A stretch of DNA of 64,000 nucleotides from Eledone cirrhosa (Eukaryota): assembly GCA_964016885.1 (NCBI GenBank), contig OZ024741.1, positions 392,832,001 to 392,896,000 on the forward strand, in the 5' to 3' direction. A model generated the notes under the pieces. It did not search any database and was not told the origin of the DNA. It saw only the letters and a program-made list of their open reading frames with translations. Shown piece after piece: positions 24,870 through 38,528 of the stretch. How positions within the stretch are numbered: the first letter of the stretch is position 1; every line of letters begins with the position of its first letter. The position numbers and the translations under genes were made by a program.

Positions 24870-27800
24870 TATAGCCTTTCCTGATTTAATTGAAGCAAAA
24901 GCTCCATCCCAAATCCGCTCCAGCTCTCCTGACATGATGTTTGAATTTGGAGGACGTCACACTTCCCCTCCACTAGTCCTCTATTGAATGCCAAGGTGGA
25001 TGTTCCACTGATACTAGTGCCAAGCTGGTAGAAGGCTGTGAGCGCTTGGAGACATTCCAGCTTCCAAGCGCTATCCCTCGGTCTTTTCCTGATCCAGGAC
25101 TGCAGGTCCGATACGATGAACGCATTCGCCACCTCTTCCCGACCTTCCAGGGACAGCTTCCTCTCGGCTCATTTCTGCGTGAGAGAGGCCACGCTGTTCG
25201 TCATCTCGCTCCAGGTTTTCTCCATTTGGAGGTCCCGACCGAACCAGACCCCGAGCAATTTAACCGATCCTTCCGTCCAGCGCCCCACCACGCTGTCGGG
25301 CGGCATGGACTTGCCTCTCCAGGTGCCGAGCTGCAAGTCCACCGACTTTTCCTGGTTTAACTTTGCTCCTGTCACTGCTTCATATTCCTTGAGAGCGGTG
25401 CCGAGCATCTGGACATGTCCGGTGCTTGACTGACACTGCCACGGTGATGTCGTCGGCGTAAGCCGATGCGGGTCTCCCACATCCCAGTTCACGTGGGACG
25501 TCTCTCATCACCTCCAATTTGTGCAGTAACGGCTCTAGGGCCAATACGTACAAGAGTGACGAGAGGGGACAACTCTGACGGACTGAGCGCATGATGCTGA
25601 ACGTCTGTGACAGATGACCGTTCACCTTCACAACTGAGCAGATGTCGCTGTGCATCGCAGTGATCCAGCCCCTGAAATTGGGCCCGAAACCAGCCGTCTC
25701 GAGGACTGCTGCCAGGTACCGATGGTCGACCCTATCAAATGTCTTAGATTGATCCAAGTTGATCAGGGCCCCACCCGTGCCAGGTTCCTTAACCACCCTC
25801 TCTATGATGTATTGCATGAGGTGGAGGTTATCGTGGATGTATCTGTCTGGAATGGCGCATTTCTGCGCCTCTTCTACCAGATTACCTACGACAAGCGCCA
25901 ATCTAGTTTCTAACACCTTGGCCAAAATCTTGAAATCTGTGTTTAATAGTTATGGGCCTGACGTTGTCTATAGCGTCCCTTTGTTTGGGTCTTTTCTCAA
26001 CAGCGTCACCGCTCCCCGGCTCACAAAACTGGGAATGCTCCCGTTCTGCTGCCAGTTGCAGTAGACGTCTGCCAAGAGGTCGCCGAACAAGTCTGACATG
26101 TACGCATAAAGCTCGTAGGGCAGACCATCCAAAGCTGGCGATTTACCCCTCGGGATGTCAGACTTCTCTTCCCGTATTTCACCTGCTGTTATCGGCTTTA
26201 CGCAATACTGCACTGCGGTCGTCGAGAGCTGCGGCAATCCCTCGAGGTATGCACTGAAGTTCATACTAATATCTGGCCCGCCGCCGCTCCCAAACAGTTG
26301 AGCAAAGAGCTGCTGCAAAGCCTCACACATCTGGTCGCGGTCGATTAGCATGTGCCCGTTTTGGTCAGGCAAGGATTGAATTGTGGCTTTGTTGCCACGT
26401 CGTGCCTCCACCACTCAGGCCCATTGGACAGCTTTTGTCCCCTCTTGTCTCAGAGTACACGCTCGAGCTCTGGCAACGCAGCCTTCATGCTTTGCGTTGA
26501 AGAGTTGATCGAGTGCCAATCTTGCCGCAAGCACGTCGGTTGCGATGCCTGTCCTAAACGCCTCTTCTAGCTTTCTAACTAACTCTCCCTCTACTCTATT
26601 TTCCTCTATCTTTACTCCTTTGCTAAACTTTATCGATTCTACTCTAATTGCCCTTTTCAGGGTAAGCCACCACCTGTTGTTGACGATTGCACCCGTCAAC
26701 GCACGCTTAACTAATTCGCTTATCCGGTCTCTGTAAGCTTTGCGCGCCGGGAAAGACGCGTTCAGCTTCCAGTAACCGGGTCCTTGTCTATGAAGTATAT
26801 CTACGTCAACTTAACAGATCACAAATGTGTGGTCCGAGTAGCCGACTACTTTAAATTGTGGACAACTTACGCTAGCCTTATCTGTTTCCCTACACAATAC
26901 CCTATCTAGATACAATCTGGATGACCCGATGCGGTTTGCCCATGTCCACATTGGCACATTCGGATAATCCAGTCGATACCTGTCAGACAGTTGAAAACGT
27001 CTGAACAGGTTGGTGAGGCTTTTACACCCTCCTGCCCTGTCTAATAGCCCCACATAATCCCAGCGTGCATCTAAGATACCGTTCCAGTCATCCACTAACA
27101 CTAACGAGCGGGACGTTCCAAGAAAGGTCTCTAGACGTCTGAAGAAATCTGGCCGCCCTGTCCCTGTTGGGGCGTAGATGGCTACTAACCTGAAAGCATT
27201 GCCTTCGCTGCCTGTCATGTCCAGTACCACCGACTTACCTTCTGGGTCCAGGAAGATGGCCCGTATGGCAAGATCCAAGCCTCTCCGAAAAGGCACAGCA
27301 ACTCCGCCCCCCGCTCCCGGACGGCTGGGAGATGTGTATACATCGTAGCCGCCGAAGATCGGTGCAATGTCTCGTGCTTCGGAAATTCTGGCCTCGCTGA
27401 TGGTCACCACATCTATGTTTAGTGACCTGAGATCGTTAAGCAGGTGGCCCTGCTTCCAAGATGACCCCAGGCCACGTACATTTATACTGCCTATTCTAAG
27501 TAAGGCCATGTTGGGTAAGGAATGGAGTAAGTGAGAGAGGATCACCTACCCTGATCGTGTGGGAAAGGGACAGTTGAACCGTCCCTTTGGCTGGTCATGG
27601 CTGTCTCAGAGAAGATGTCGGTGTATATCCTCTTGGTAACCGACCCTCTGGAGTCTCCAACTGCGTTGGGGAATTTTTCTTTTAAATGTTTATAATGTTC
27701 TATTTTAATTTCAATAATGTTTATATTTTTCGGGAGAGTTCTTGGTGTTGGTGGGGTGTAGTAATTTTTGTCCGTAATGTCTGTGTGCTGCTTTATATAT

Positions 27801-29036
27801 TCTAAGAGTTATTTTTTTTGCCATGTTTATAGCTGTGTAATGTTTTTTGGGGGGGATGGTTTTGATGCTGTCTTCTTGTTGCTGCTGTTGGGTATGTTTG
27901 TCTTGTGTTTGCGATGTTGATGTTTGTGGTGATGCTGGTGGTGGTGGTGGTGGTGTGGTGATTGTTGGTGGTGATGGTGGTGGCGTTGCTTCGAGTCGCC
28001 TTGCAGCCTTGCAGCCTCTTTGTTTGCCTTCGCTTTTGGAGGGTGAAGCTCAGGGTTTTTTCTTTATTGTTTGTTTTTTTTGTGGCAGACCGTTTGCCAC
28101 TTCACTCTCGCCTCAGACTCCATATCGGATTCCATGGCGTCTGGGAGGGGCATGTTCTCCACGGATGTTGGTGGTGGTAGTAGAGCCCCCTCCAGCGATT
28201 TTGTTGCTGGTGCAGCTACTGCAAATGTAGCTACTGCTGTTGCTGCTTTAGTTGTCCGTGGCCTTGGTACGGGTGCCACGGACGTTGCCCTCCTACTCAC
28301 CGTGGAAGGGTTTTCTGCGTTTGTTGCCTGCCCTGCTCTTGGTAGCAGTGGACCAGGCATTGGAAGGAGGGGGGGGGGGCTTCTTCTTCGCTGTCTTCTG
28401 CGGGCAAAAGGCCCTGAGGTGACCCTTTGACCCACAGAGATAACATTTTGGCCGTCTTCCGTCCACGCTTTTAAAGAGTTGGAGTCCTTCCTCGTGGTTT
28501 ATGATATCGGGGATAGTCTCGATACACTCCTGGTCAGTTTGTATAAGCATTTGCATGCCTATACCTGACCAGTTCTCACTCCCTATTTTCTCTACTTGCA
28601 GCATGGTCGTCTTGTCCTCGATTCCAGCAAGGACAGACGCGGCCAGCCAAGGTATGGGCACGTCGGGTGGGATCTGGGTCACTTTGACCCTCACAATGTT
28701 CTGCCCGCAGTAGTAGGGCACCAAGATTATCTCCTCACTCTTTAGGGTTTCAAAAAGTACGTCTACTGTGGCATACTTTCTGCCTCGGGTGATGTGGGTT
28801 TTGCGCGCCCAGGCGCACCCCAAGGCGTTTTGGATTTGACCCTCCGTGGCTCTCTCCATCCGATGTGAGATTTTGCTTACGGCGCGGTAAGTCACCGTCC
28901 GTAGCTGTTGGTCCTTGAAAAAATCGGGTGGAGGTTTCAGGGAAACTCTATTGGCGTTTCTTATCACCATGGCCCTTGCGACCGCCATCTCCTCTTCTGT
29001 GACTAACAGTTTCGCTATTTCGGACTACACCTGCTA
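24870..29036 (-). mobile_element. Tx1-clade LINE, degenerate (ORF1 with CCHC knuckle; ORF2 APE-RT)
   Basis: ORF1 28293-28988 ends CYLCGSKGHLRAFC. The APE ORF 26811-27545 carries INVRGL, GGVA and YSDH. RT fragments 25169-26699 include LDQSKTFDRVDH, VRQSCPLS and YADD. Confidence 0.9.
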
Positions 29037-29037
29037 A

Positions 29038-30508
29038 AGGGGAATGTGATAGGAGAACTTGATCAAGAAGAAACCTATATTTATCTAGGTGTTTGTGAAG
29101 GAGACGGAATCAAGCACTCGACAATGAGGGAAAGGATAAGGAAGGAATGTTATCACAGAGTAAGAGCAATCTTAAGAAGAGAGTTGAATGCAAGGAATAG
29201 GGTCGATGTCATAAACACACTTACCATACCAGTAGTAACTTACAGTTTCAATGTCATCAACTGGTCAAGCAATTAGAAAATTCTTAACCATGCTCAGAAT
29301 GCATCACCCTAAGGCAGATACAGATAGAATATATCTCCCTAGGAAATAAGGAGGACGTGGATTAATCCAGTTAGATATTGCTTTGAAAACTGCAACTATT
29401 GGATTATCTACATATTTAAGGGAATCACATGATTGGAAGATCAAACTCGTTTTGAAACACGAAAGCATCAAAAGATCATATTCCATTACAAAAGATGCAC
29501 AAAGATACAGTAATGGACTACACATTTCAGAAGTCCCATTTACTGCTGAAATGGAAAACACAGAAAAAGCAAAGCAGGTAAAAGTAACTGCAAAGAAAGA
29601 ACTGCTACAGAAACTGGCTAAGAAATGGCAAGAAAAGCCTCTGTATGGAAAATACCCAGAAAGAGATAACAATCCTGATGTTGACAAAACTTTAACCCAT
29701 CGGTGGTTGGCATCCTCTGGACTGAAATTGGAGACTGAAGGACTGATTATATCAGCACAAGATCAGTGTCTGCAAACAAAAAATTACCAAGCCAACATAA
29801 TAAAACATGGATGCAACCCATTATGCTGTGTATGTAAAAAAACAACCAGAGACCATTGATCATATAATTTCAATGTGCAGTCCTATAGCTCCAACCGAAT
29901 ACTTAAACAGGCACGACAGAGCTGCACAATACATACATTGGGTAATGTGTAAGCATTTTGACCTGCCCCATCAAAAGAATTGGTGGGAGCATCAACCACC
30001 TCCCGTACTTGAAAAAGGTCACATCTCAATTTTGTGGAACTTTAGCGTCCAAACACACCGAAAAATAGATGCAAATAGACCTGATAAAATACTGAAGGAC
30101 TTTAAAAATTGACATGACCGTTCCTATAGACAAGAATGTATCTATAAAAACATTTGAAAAATTGAGCAAGTATAAAGACCTGGAGACAGAGATTGGGAAA
30201 ATGTGGAAGTTGAGAACTAAAACATTACCAGTGGTTGTAGGCGCTCTAGGAATGATACCTAAGGGGTCTAATAATTACTTAATCCTGCGTATAGAAGAAA
30301 TACAAAAGATGGAAACTACCCATATACTAAGGAAGATTCTGTCAATATAAATACATCACCAGTCTAAACACCTAAAGATACATGTGTACGTATGTGTTTT
30401 TTTCTTGAACATGGTGGACCTTGTTGTCTCTTGAAGTCCCTGGTTGTGATTTGGTGATAACTCGTATGAACATAAAGCAAGAGGAATGAAAAAATAATAA
30501 CAAAAGAG
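29038..30508 (+). mobile_element. 5'-truncated R4/Dong retrotransposon (family B), degenerate
   Basis: Colinear with the 3' half and 3' UTR of 45827-48350; ends in a short TAATAA. Confidence 0.88.
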
Positions 30509-31275
30509 CAAGCGCAATTAGCATCAAAGTGGGAGCGGAAACCTCTGCATGGCAAATATGTGGCCCGTAGCAAACAAGCTGATGTTGACCAAAAGCACAC
30601 CCATCAGTGGCTATGTAGCTCAAGGCTAAAAGCAGAGAGCAAAGACTTCATCTTAGCTGCCCAAGATCAAAGCTTACTGACACGGAGTTACCAGTCCAAT
30701 GTGATGAAAAATGGAATAAATCCAAAGTGCCAATTCTGCAATGTTGAGGTTGAAACAGTGGACCACCTAGTCTCTGGATGTAAAGTTTTAGCCCCAGTAG
30801 AGTACAAATATAGACATGACAGAGTTGGCTAATATCTACACTGGGTAATATGTCGGCATTATAAAATCAAAGCTGCTGACAAGTGGTACAATCATCACCC
30901 TGAGGCTGTAACTGAAGGAGAAAAAGTAACAATTCTTTGGGACTTTCCTGTAGATACTGACCCGACTATAAAAGCTAATAGACCAGATATCATTGTAAAA
31001 GACCAATATAGCAAGGTCTGTTTATTGATTAATATGAGCATCCCATGTGATCACAATATCGCGGCAAAAGAATTCGACAAGCTAAGAAAAAATGTGGCAT
31101 CTCAAGGCCGTTACAATACCAGTAATTGTGGGGGGGACTTGGAATGATCAAGAAAGGAACAGAACAGTATTTGCGAATGATTCCTGGTTTACCCTCTCTG
31201 CACGAGGTGCAAACAATTGTTTTGACTGGTACTGCATACGTATTGAGAAGAGCACTATCTCTGTAAGAATGATAT
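30509..31275 (+). mobile_element. 5'-truncated R4/Dong retrotransposon (family C)
   Basis: KPLHGKY, FILAAQDQSL, CQFC..ETVDHLVSGC, RHD and NRPDI remnants. Confidence 0.82.
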
Positions 31276-31443
31276 CCCTCCATGTATGTAAATGTGGATG
31301 TGTGTGTTCGTGCATGGATATCTTTTATTTATATGTATGTATATGTATATGTATGTGTATGTGTATATATGTGTATATGTGTATGTGCGTATGTGTGTGG
31401 ATATGTGTATGTGTGTATATGTTTGTGTGAGTACATATGTATG

Positions 31444-31474
<31 letters not shown>

Positions 31475-32029
31475 ATATATATATAGAAGTGGATGGATAC
31501 TTCAACAGGTACAATGTACTTGTAGAAATATTCAAGTTGTTTATAATACATGTGGTTCAATGGTACTAATTCGAGATACCAGAACAATATAAAAGAAGCG
31601 AAGCAAGCGGTTATTAAACAATTTTCCAAATAAATTAAAAAATGATAAAATAATCACCTGTTCAGATGCTGTTACCGACGGTTTCATCATTCCGAAAGAT
31701 TGAAAATCTAACGAATTTCCAATGGAAAGAAATGAATCTTCAGACAGCCCTATTTCCACGCCATAAGGTATCAAGCCTTATAGCAAGTAAATATTATGCT
31801 CCCTGCCCAACGCATGCGGTCAAGCCGTTAAAATGACACACGCATAATCAGGTCGCTGATAAAAGCTGGATATTATAAACATGTCGAATTGCTACTAAAA
31901 TTAGCAGCATTATTCAACGTTTTGTTCTCTACATAAGGAGAATAATTATAGAAGTGTATATTTATATGTGTCTGCGTGTGTGTGACAGTCGATAGACTTT
32001 CGTCTAACCGGATCGAAGAAACAATGTTT

Positions 32030-32200
32030 CCGTTGGTCTTTCCAATTGCTAATACTATCTATCGGTCGCAACTCCAGGTAGAAGGAGGAACGTGAAATAA
32101 AGTGCCTTGCTCAAGGACATAACGCATCGTCCGGTCCAGGAATCGAACTCACAACCTCACGATTGCAAATGTAATTCTCTAAAACTCAGCCACGCACCTT
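32030..32200 (-). mobile_element. tRNA-derived SINE (family 2), partial
   Basis: Minus strand reads GGTGCGTGGCTGAG...GAGTTCGATTCCTGGACCGG...GTCCTTGAGCAAGGCACTTTATTTCACG. Confidence 0.72.
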
Positions 32201-32202
32201 TA

Positions 32203-32205
<3 letters not shown>

Positions 32206-32280
<75 letters not shown>
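32206..32280. repeat. (CA)n microsatellite
   Basis: Directly visible. Confidence 0.97.
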
Positions 32281-32293
<13 letters not shown>

Positions 32294-32349
32294 GTGCGTG
32301 CGTGTGTGAGTGTATAAATAATTGTACCTATATATAAATATATAAACAT

Positions 32350-33833
32350 CAATCGATGAGACGTTCTCAGAAGGGCCCACAGACGCCTGAAGAAATCTGG
32401 CCTTCCCGCCCTAAACACACCATCTTCGATGCTGCTCACGTCCAGGACCACCAACTTACTGTCCGGGTCCAGGCAGATCGTCCTTACCTCGAGATCCAGA
32501 CCTCTCCTAAACAGCACTGCCACTCCACCTCTTATTTCGGGTCGACTAACAGACGCGTAGAGCTCAAAGTCGTCGAAGATGGGGGTGAGTGTGCGCATGT
32601 CGGAAATCCTTGTCTTGTTGACGGTTGTCACTTCTATCGCTAGTGACCTAATGTTGTTGAGGAAGCGGCATTGCTTCCAGGATGATCCCAGGCCACGTAT
32701 ATTTAAACAATCTACTTGTAGAACAGCCATGTCAACCGGAAAGAACAAAATAAAGTGGGGGGGGGGGGTTACCTATCCCTCGGGTGCCTTTGAGGGTTAG
32801 GTGGTTCGGCCTCTATTTTTGATTGGGTTCATTTGGAGACCTTTTAAAAGCTTATTTGGGGCGTTTACATCAGGGGTCCCCACGTCGTAGATGAAGCTCT
32901 CCCTAATGTTCTTGTATGTTTGTAGCGGCATCCGCACCATCAAAAGGTCCGGAATCCTGTCGATTTTTCCGTTTTGATCTGGAGCAGTAGTTCTAGACAG
33001 GTTCCTGACCAGGATTCCCTCTGGGTTCTTTTAGCCTTCAAGAGTGTGTTCTCGTCCTCTGGTGCAATGCTTGCCAGGGCCCACCAGATGTCTATTCTTG
33101 GCGGGATCCCGGCTATCCGGATTGCTATTGGTCTTCTTCCCATGTGGGAATGGAACAGAACGAATTCCTTCGCTTGTACTGGAAGTACAGTGTTTTCTTG
33201 TGGGGGCTTCGCATACATATTTCCACTCTTTCTCCATGTGCTCTGTCTGGTACCAAGTCCTTCAGAACTGCCTCTACGTGTGATGGCGGATCCAATTCCG
33301 GCTCCCAGGACTTGATGCCTATACATTTGTAGGTGACGGTGCGCCTATTGATGTCTGTCAACACAGCCGGGGGAACATTTATGTGTGCCGTATTATTTTG
33401 ATTTTTTTTTTAATTTTCTAGCCTCTGATAGTCGTGTTATTTTTTTCTGGAATGTCCCTTTCATAACAAACGGTATTTTTCGCCGCAGTCGAAACAAAAG
33501 ATTTTGTTATTGTTGCTATTGTTGTTATCCTTATTGATACTGTTGCTGTTACTGCTGCTGGCAGTGCTATTGCGGCTTTTGCTTTTATTACCACTGCTGC
33601 TGCCGTTGTTGCCATTGCTGATGCTGCTGTTGCTGCTGACATTGCTGTTGCTGGTGTAATTTCTACTGCTGTTGCTGCAGTTGTTGGTGACGGCGGCCCT
33701 GGCGTCCATGATGCTGATGTGGGCTAAGGTGGTGGTGACGGCCTTTGGACCGTCACGTGACATCATATCTATACTTATACTTAATTTGGAGGGGGTGGCA
33801 CCTACATTTAAAAAAACAAAACTAATGCCAACA
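32350..33833 (-). mobile_element. Tx1-clade LINE 5' fragment (ORF1 remnants and APE start)
   Basis: RRTVTYK, ESWSGTCLELLLQ, LNIRGLGSSWKQ and GGVAVLFRRG. Confidence 0.8.
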
Positions 33834-33872
33834 AATTTTTTTACTCGATTGCATTAATCGAGTAAAAAAATT

Positions 33873-35024
33873 GACAAAACAAAAAAATATCAATAACAGA
33901 ATTCCCGAATACGGGTGATGCCACCCAGGGGTGAAGTTAAGAACCGCACAAATCCCAACCCACCATTTTCTCTAAATGCACTCTAGGAGGGCACTCCTCT
34001 CTCCATCCATCTTTCCAGCCTACAGGCAGAGTGGGCCCATTCACGCGGGCCATTCTAGCAACAATCACCCACCTTTCAAAAAATGTTCTGGGAGCAGCAT
34101 TCCTCGCTTCACCCTTATCTTCCTTTCCAAGTGGTACTTGAAAAAGTTGACGAGGGATTGACCGAAAAGGAAAGTGTCTGTCTTCAGACATTTCAGTCGC
34201 GTCCACCACAAAATCTCTTTCGCTACAGCTATCAGACAAAGGAAAACTTCCTGCGGCGGGGCGATCTTCACTATGGACTCGGTTGATAGCCGGATCCGTC
34301 CCACACGCGATAACAGTTGTTCGACATAATTCCATAAGCCACCAACACACGTGCACTGAACGAGTGAATGCAAAACAGTTTCGTCGCTCTGCGTGCATCT
34401 CGGACAGCTCCGTCTGAGAACACTACAGTGCCTATAGAATTTATCTCGAACCGGCAGGGCTCCCCGGTAGCATTGCAAATCGAGAGATTTCTGGAAATTG
34501 TCCATAGTTCCCGACTCAAAAGTCCTCTGCAAAAGATTGGCTAGTTAATTCTCGTTGACGCCTAGAATCTCCCCGAGAGCGTCGTCGCACTTGCGCACAA
34601 CTAATCTTCTATAGAAGGCTAAGGTGGAGTTTCCACCGATCGCAATGTCAGACTGATCGAGGGCTGTGAGCGCCTGAAGACATTTCAGTCTCCAAGCGCT
34701 TCCTCTCGGTCTTCGTTTGACCCAGGACTGCAGCTCCGTCAAGGAGACGAGCTGAGGAAAAACGGGTTTAACAAACAGCGTCCACACGTATTCACCATCA
34801 AGGAAGAGCTGGAGATGCCCTAGCCTGAGCGTATGTCTGTGCATCATCAACCACGGCATGCCCTGCCCTCCACATAATGGGTGTTGACAGCAAATGTTAT
34901 ATCCTTTGTTTTTGTTTATACATATAATTTAGTTTTTTTACAATAGAAATGCCCATTTATACCGTCCTGTGCTGTCCTTAATGTTATACTTTATGTCAAC
35001 CCTTGTGGTTAATAGAGAAAGCAT
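33873..35024. mobile_element. Tx1-clade LINE 3' portion with inversion (33873-34893 minus strand; 34895-35024 plus-strand 3' UTR and tail)
   Basis: The minus part matches the ORF2 C-terminus (MPWLMM, CPRC..DETVLHSLVQC) and the start of the 3' UTR. The plus part matches the 3' end at 54230-54325 and is followed by (TTA)n. Confidence 0.8.
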
Positions 35025-35039
35025 ATTATTATTATTATT

Positions 35040-38000
35040 TCCATTATTGTAAGTCCTGGAGTTTTGGCTTTGTATTTGTGTGTGTGTGTTTTTGTATCAT
35101 TCCTAGAGCACCTATTATTATAGGTATCGTTTCTGTTTTCATTTACCACATTCGAGTTATTTTTACCTCTAGATCCTTATATTTGGAGAGTTTCTCTATT
35201 TCCTTAGAAGATTTATTGTCGTATGTCCCCCACATACGACAATAAATCTATAGATACATCTATTAAAAGATACATCTATTAAAAGGCATTTTTTGTGGTC
35301 TTTGACTATAATATTTGGTCGGTTGGCCTTGATCTCTCTGTCTGTATGTATTGGAATATCCCATCCCAGAGAATGGTTGCTTTGTCATTCTGTGACACTT
35401 TTTCTGGTATGTGTTTGTACCTTTTTTTTCTGTTGGTATTCTATAATGCTGGCATAATTTCCAGTGTATGAATGTCTCAACTCAATCATGCCTGTGGATA
35501 TATTCTTTTTGGGCTAGAGCTGAGCATCCAGAGACTATGTGGTTGATTGTTTCTTTCACATAGTCTACAGTTACTTATTGTGCTTCGTTTCATTATATAT
35601 TTCTAGTAGTTTCTGGTAGTTTCCGTCTCAGCTTTTAGTCCAATGCTTCGGAGACAGTTCTATGTATTTTCATTGTCTACTTCCCTTCTATTTAGTTTTT
35701 TGGGTATTGCCATCGTTTTATCATGGCATTTGGGATGTCAGTTTTCAATTTAAATTTTATGTCTTTCACAATTACTATTGTTGTTTTTTCTTTGTTTTCA
35801 TTTTCCTCACAATTATCTGTTAGTCCAGTTTCTGATTTGAATTTTTGGGCTTCTTTGAAGACCGGGAACAGTTTTTTTTTTGTTTTGTTCATGTTTCGTG
35901 GCTATTTGTATTAGTTTTCCTGTGTTTTTTATTAAGTATTTTTGTAGTCTTACAGTAGTTATTTTATAAGAGTTTTCTAGTTGCATAAGGCCCTTTTCTC
36001 TTTGTGTTCTTGGTCAGTATAATCATTCTACGCCTGATTTTGGATAGTGTATTCTAAATGTGGTCATTATTTTTCTTGTTTTTCTATCTATTCTAGCTAG
36101 TTCTTTTAGTATCGAGTTCAGAATGTTAAAGCTGTAACTCATTAATGGGACTGCTAAAATGTTGATAGCAATCACCTTATTCTTTGCATTTAGTTCAGTT
36201 TTAAGTACTAACCGAATTTTTCTGTAATATTCTTTTCTCATCTTTTCTTTCATCTGTGTGTGTTGAATCTTATCTAGTTCGTTGATTATTAAGTATTTGT
36301 ATGTCTGAGTTTAGTCTAGTTCTCTTATTTCTGTTTCTTTATCTAACATGATACTATTGCTTTTCACTAGTTTCCATCTCTTCAGAGTTGCCTTGACACA
36401 TTTTTCTAATCCAAATTTCACACCTATTTCTTTTGTGAATCCGTGTACAGTTTGGAGCAGAGTTTGGAGTTGTTTTTCATTTGTAGCATACAGCTTTAGA
36501 TCATCCTTATATAGGAGATGGTTAATTTTTTCCATTGTAGCATTTATATCTTAGCCCAGTTTGGTTTAGATTTTCAGATAATGGTGTTAATGCTAGGCAG
36601 AAAAGCATTGGTGATAGGGAGTTTCCTTGAAATATGCCTCTGTTGATTGGGATAGGCTCTGTTTTTATTGTTTTATCCTTTTTCAGCAGAATTGTTTGCC
36701 ATTTACTCATGTCATGTTTGATAAATGTTGCTATTTTTGTTGATACCCTATTCATGGCTAGTGTGTTGAGTATCCATGTATGGAGAATACTGTCAAACAC
36801 TTTTTAGTAATCAATCCAAGCCATGCTGAGCTTTTTTTGTTTGCTTGTTTTTTTTACAGTTATGGCTTTATTTATTAACAACTGGTATTTGCATCCATAT
36901 GAGTTTCTGCAGCATCCTTTTTGTTCTAGGAGCAGGTTGTTTTTTCCAGGTGTTTGGATATTTTCTGTGGTAGTATTGAAGTTAAGGTTTTCTATGTAGT
37001 AGGCAAGCATGTTATGAGCCAGTAATTTTGGGGGTTTGCTGTGTCATTATTTGGGGTCAGGGTAGTTATTTTGGGGTAGTTATTTTGGGTCAGCGTATTT
37101 TGGATCAGGGTAGTTCTTTTCCTTAGTGAGCCAGTCAGGTGTTTTTTCTGGTTCTATCAGAATTTCATTAGATTCCTTTGCAAGTATATCATGTGTCCCT
37201 GTTAAATATTTTATCCATAAATTTGGGATCTTGTCATGTCCTGGTATCTTCCAGTTGCTTTCCCTTCTCAGTGTGACTGACACATCATCTGCTGTAAATA
37301 TCCTCCTATAGTTGTTTGTCTGCTGTGTTTGCTGTTCTTGCTAGTTTTGTGCATGGTAATTTCTTTTCTCCTTCTGCCCATATTATTCTCCAGAACTCTT
37401 CCACTTCTTTTACTTTCGGGGCTACATGAACTTCTATTTTGTTTCTATTGAGTTCTTGGTAGAATCATTTTGGGTTGGAGTGAAACAGCTGATTTTGTTG
37501 AAAAAACTTTTGGCACTTTTCATATCTCCGGATTCTTTGTGCCTTTGCCAGTATTTGTTGTTTAGGGCTTTTCTTACTGTTTGGTATTTCCCTTTCTTTT
37601 ATGTTATATGTTTTAGTGTTTTTATTTTTTCCCTGTTCTTAGTTTTGTTGTTTTTTTCCTATTTCATTCAAGATTGAGAGGTCTTTTCTATTATTTTCTA
37701 TCTTTTTTTTAATCTTTTATTTCTATGTTTGTGTGGATTTTGTTTTTCTTGCTTCTATAGCTCTCAGGGGATATCCACTGTCCTTTGTAACAACAGTGGC
37801 TGCTGCATATATTATATTGTTCAAATCTGTGATATTAGTGGTTTTATTCATATATATTAAGTCTGTGATGTCTGGGTTAGCGTCTTATAAGGGTTACTAC
37901 TTTATTAATTTCTATCTTTGGGAGATTTACTCTTTGGTCCATCGGGGAATCGCCTATTGTTTGGAGTACTTGAAGTATTTCCTTCTTTATCCTATTGTCA

Positions 38001-38320
38001 TCTTGAATTTCGTCTTTAGAGGTTATTTTCTTTCCATCTTTTTTTTCATATTTCTTTTTATTTGTATTTTTGGTTGTGTTGTTTTGAATTGTTTTTTTTT
38101 TTTGTTGATTAGCACTCTGTGTGTCTTTTATGGTTGCGGCTTGTTGTGTTTTGCTGTTTACTTTATCTATTTAGCTATGTCGGTTTTTACGTCATGTTTT
38201 AAATTCTCTGTATGTTTATGTTCGTTAATTATTGTTATCATTATTTGTGTTTTCGTTATGAATTTGTTCTTTTAGCTGTTCGATTTCAGTGTCTGATGTT
38301 TGTTTGGTGTTGTTTTTATT
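35040..38320 (-). mobile_element. Degenerate R4/Dong retrotransposon (family D, copy 1)
   Basis: NWKIPGHDKI, EQKGC, QLLINK, MAWIDY, GIFQGNSLSP, HLLYKDDLKLY, EYYRKIR and RLE remnants, with many lesions. Confidence 0.88.
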
Positions 38321-38528
38321 ACGACATTAAAACAGTTATGATGAAAGCATAAATATGCTTGAGAAACTGCTTATTACGTTGAAAGGTTATGTTAGCGTCA
38401 TCAATAGAAACCACTTGCTTATTTTTTTTAAAAGGTAAGCATCATTTTTTCCTTTTAGCACAATAAGCATAGGACAACTAAGAATATAAACCCAGTAACA
38501 GTCAAAATTCATCTACAATACGCTTGAA

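Noticed and set aside
38435-38501. GTAAGC donor-like site upstream of TPPP (possible 5' UTR intron)
   Set aside because: The best acceptor gives an implausibly short intron; it cannot be supported without transcripts.
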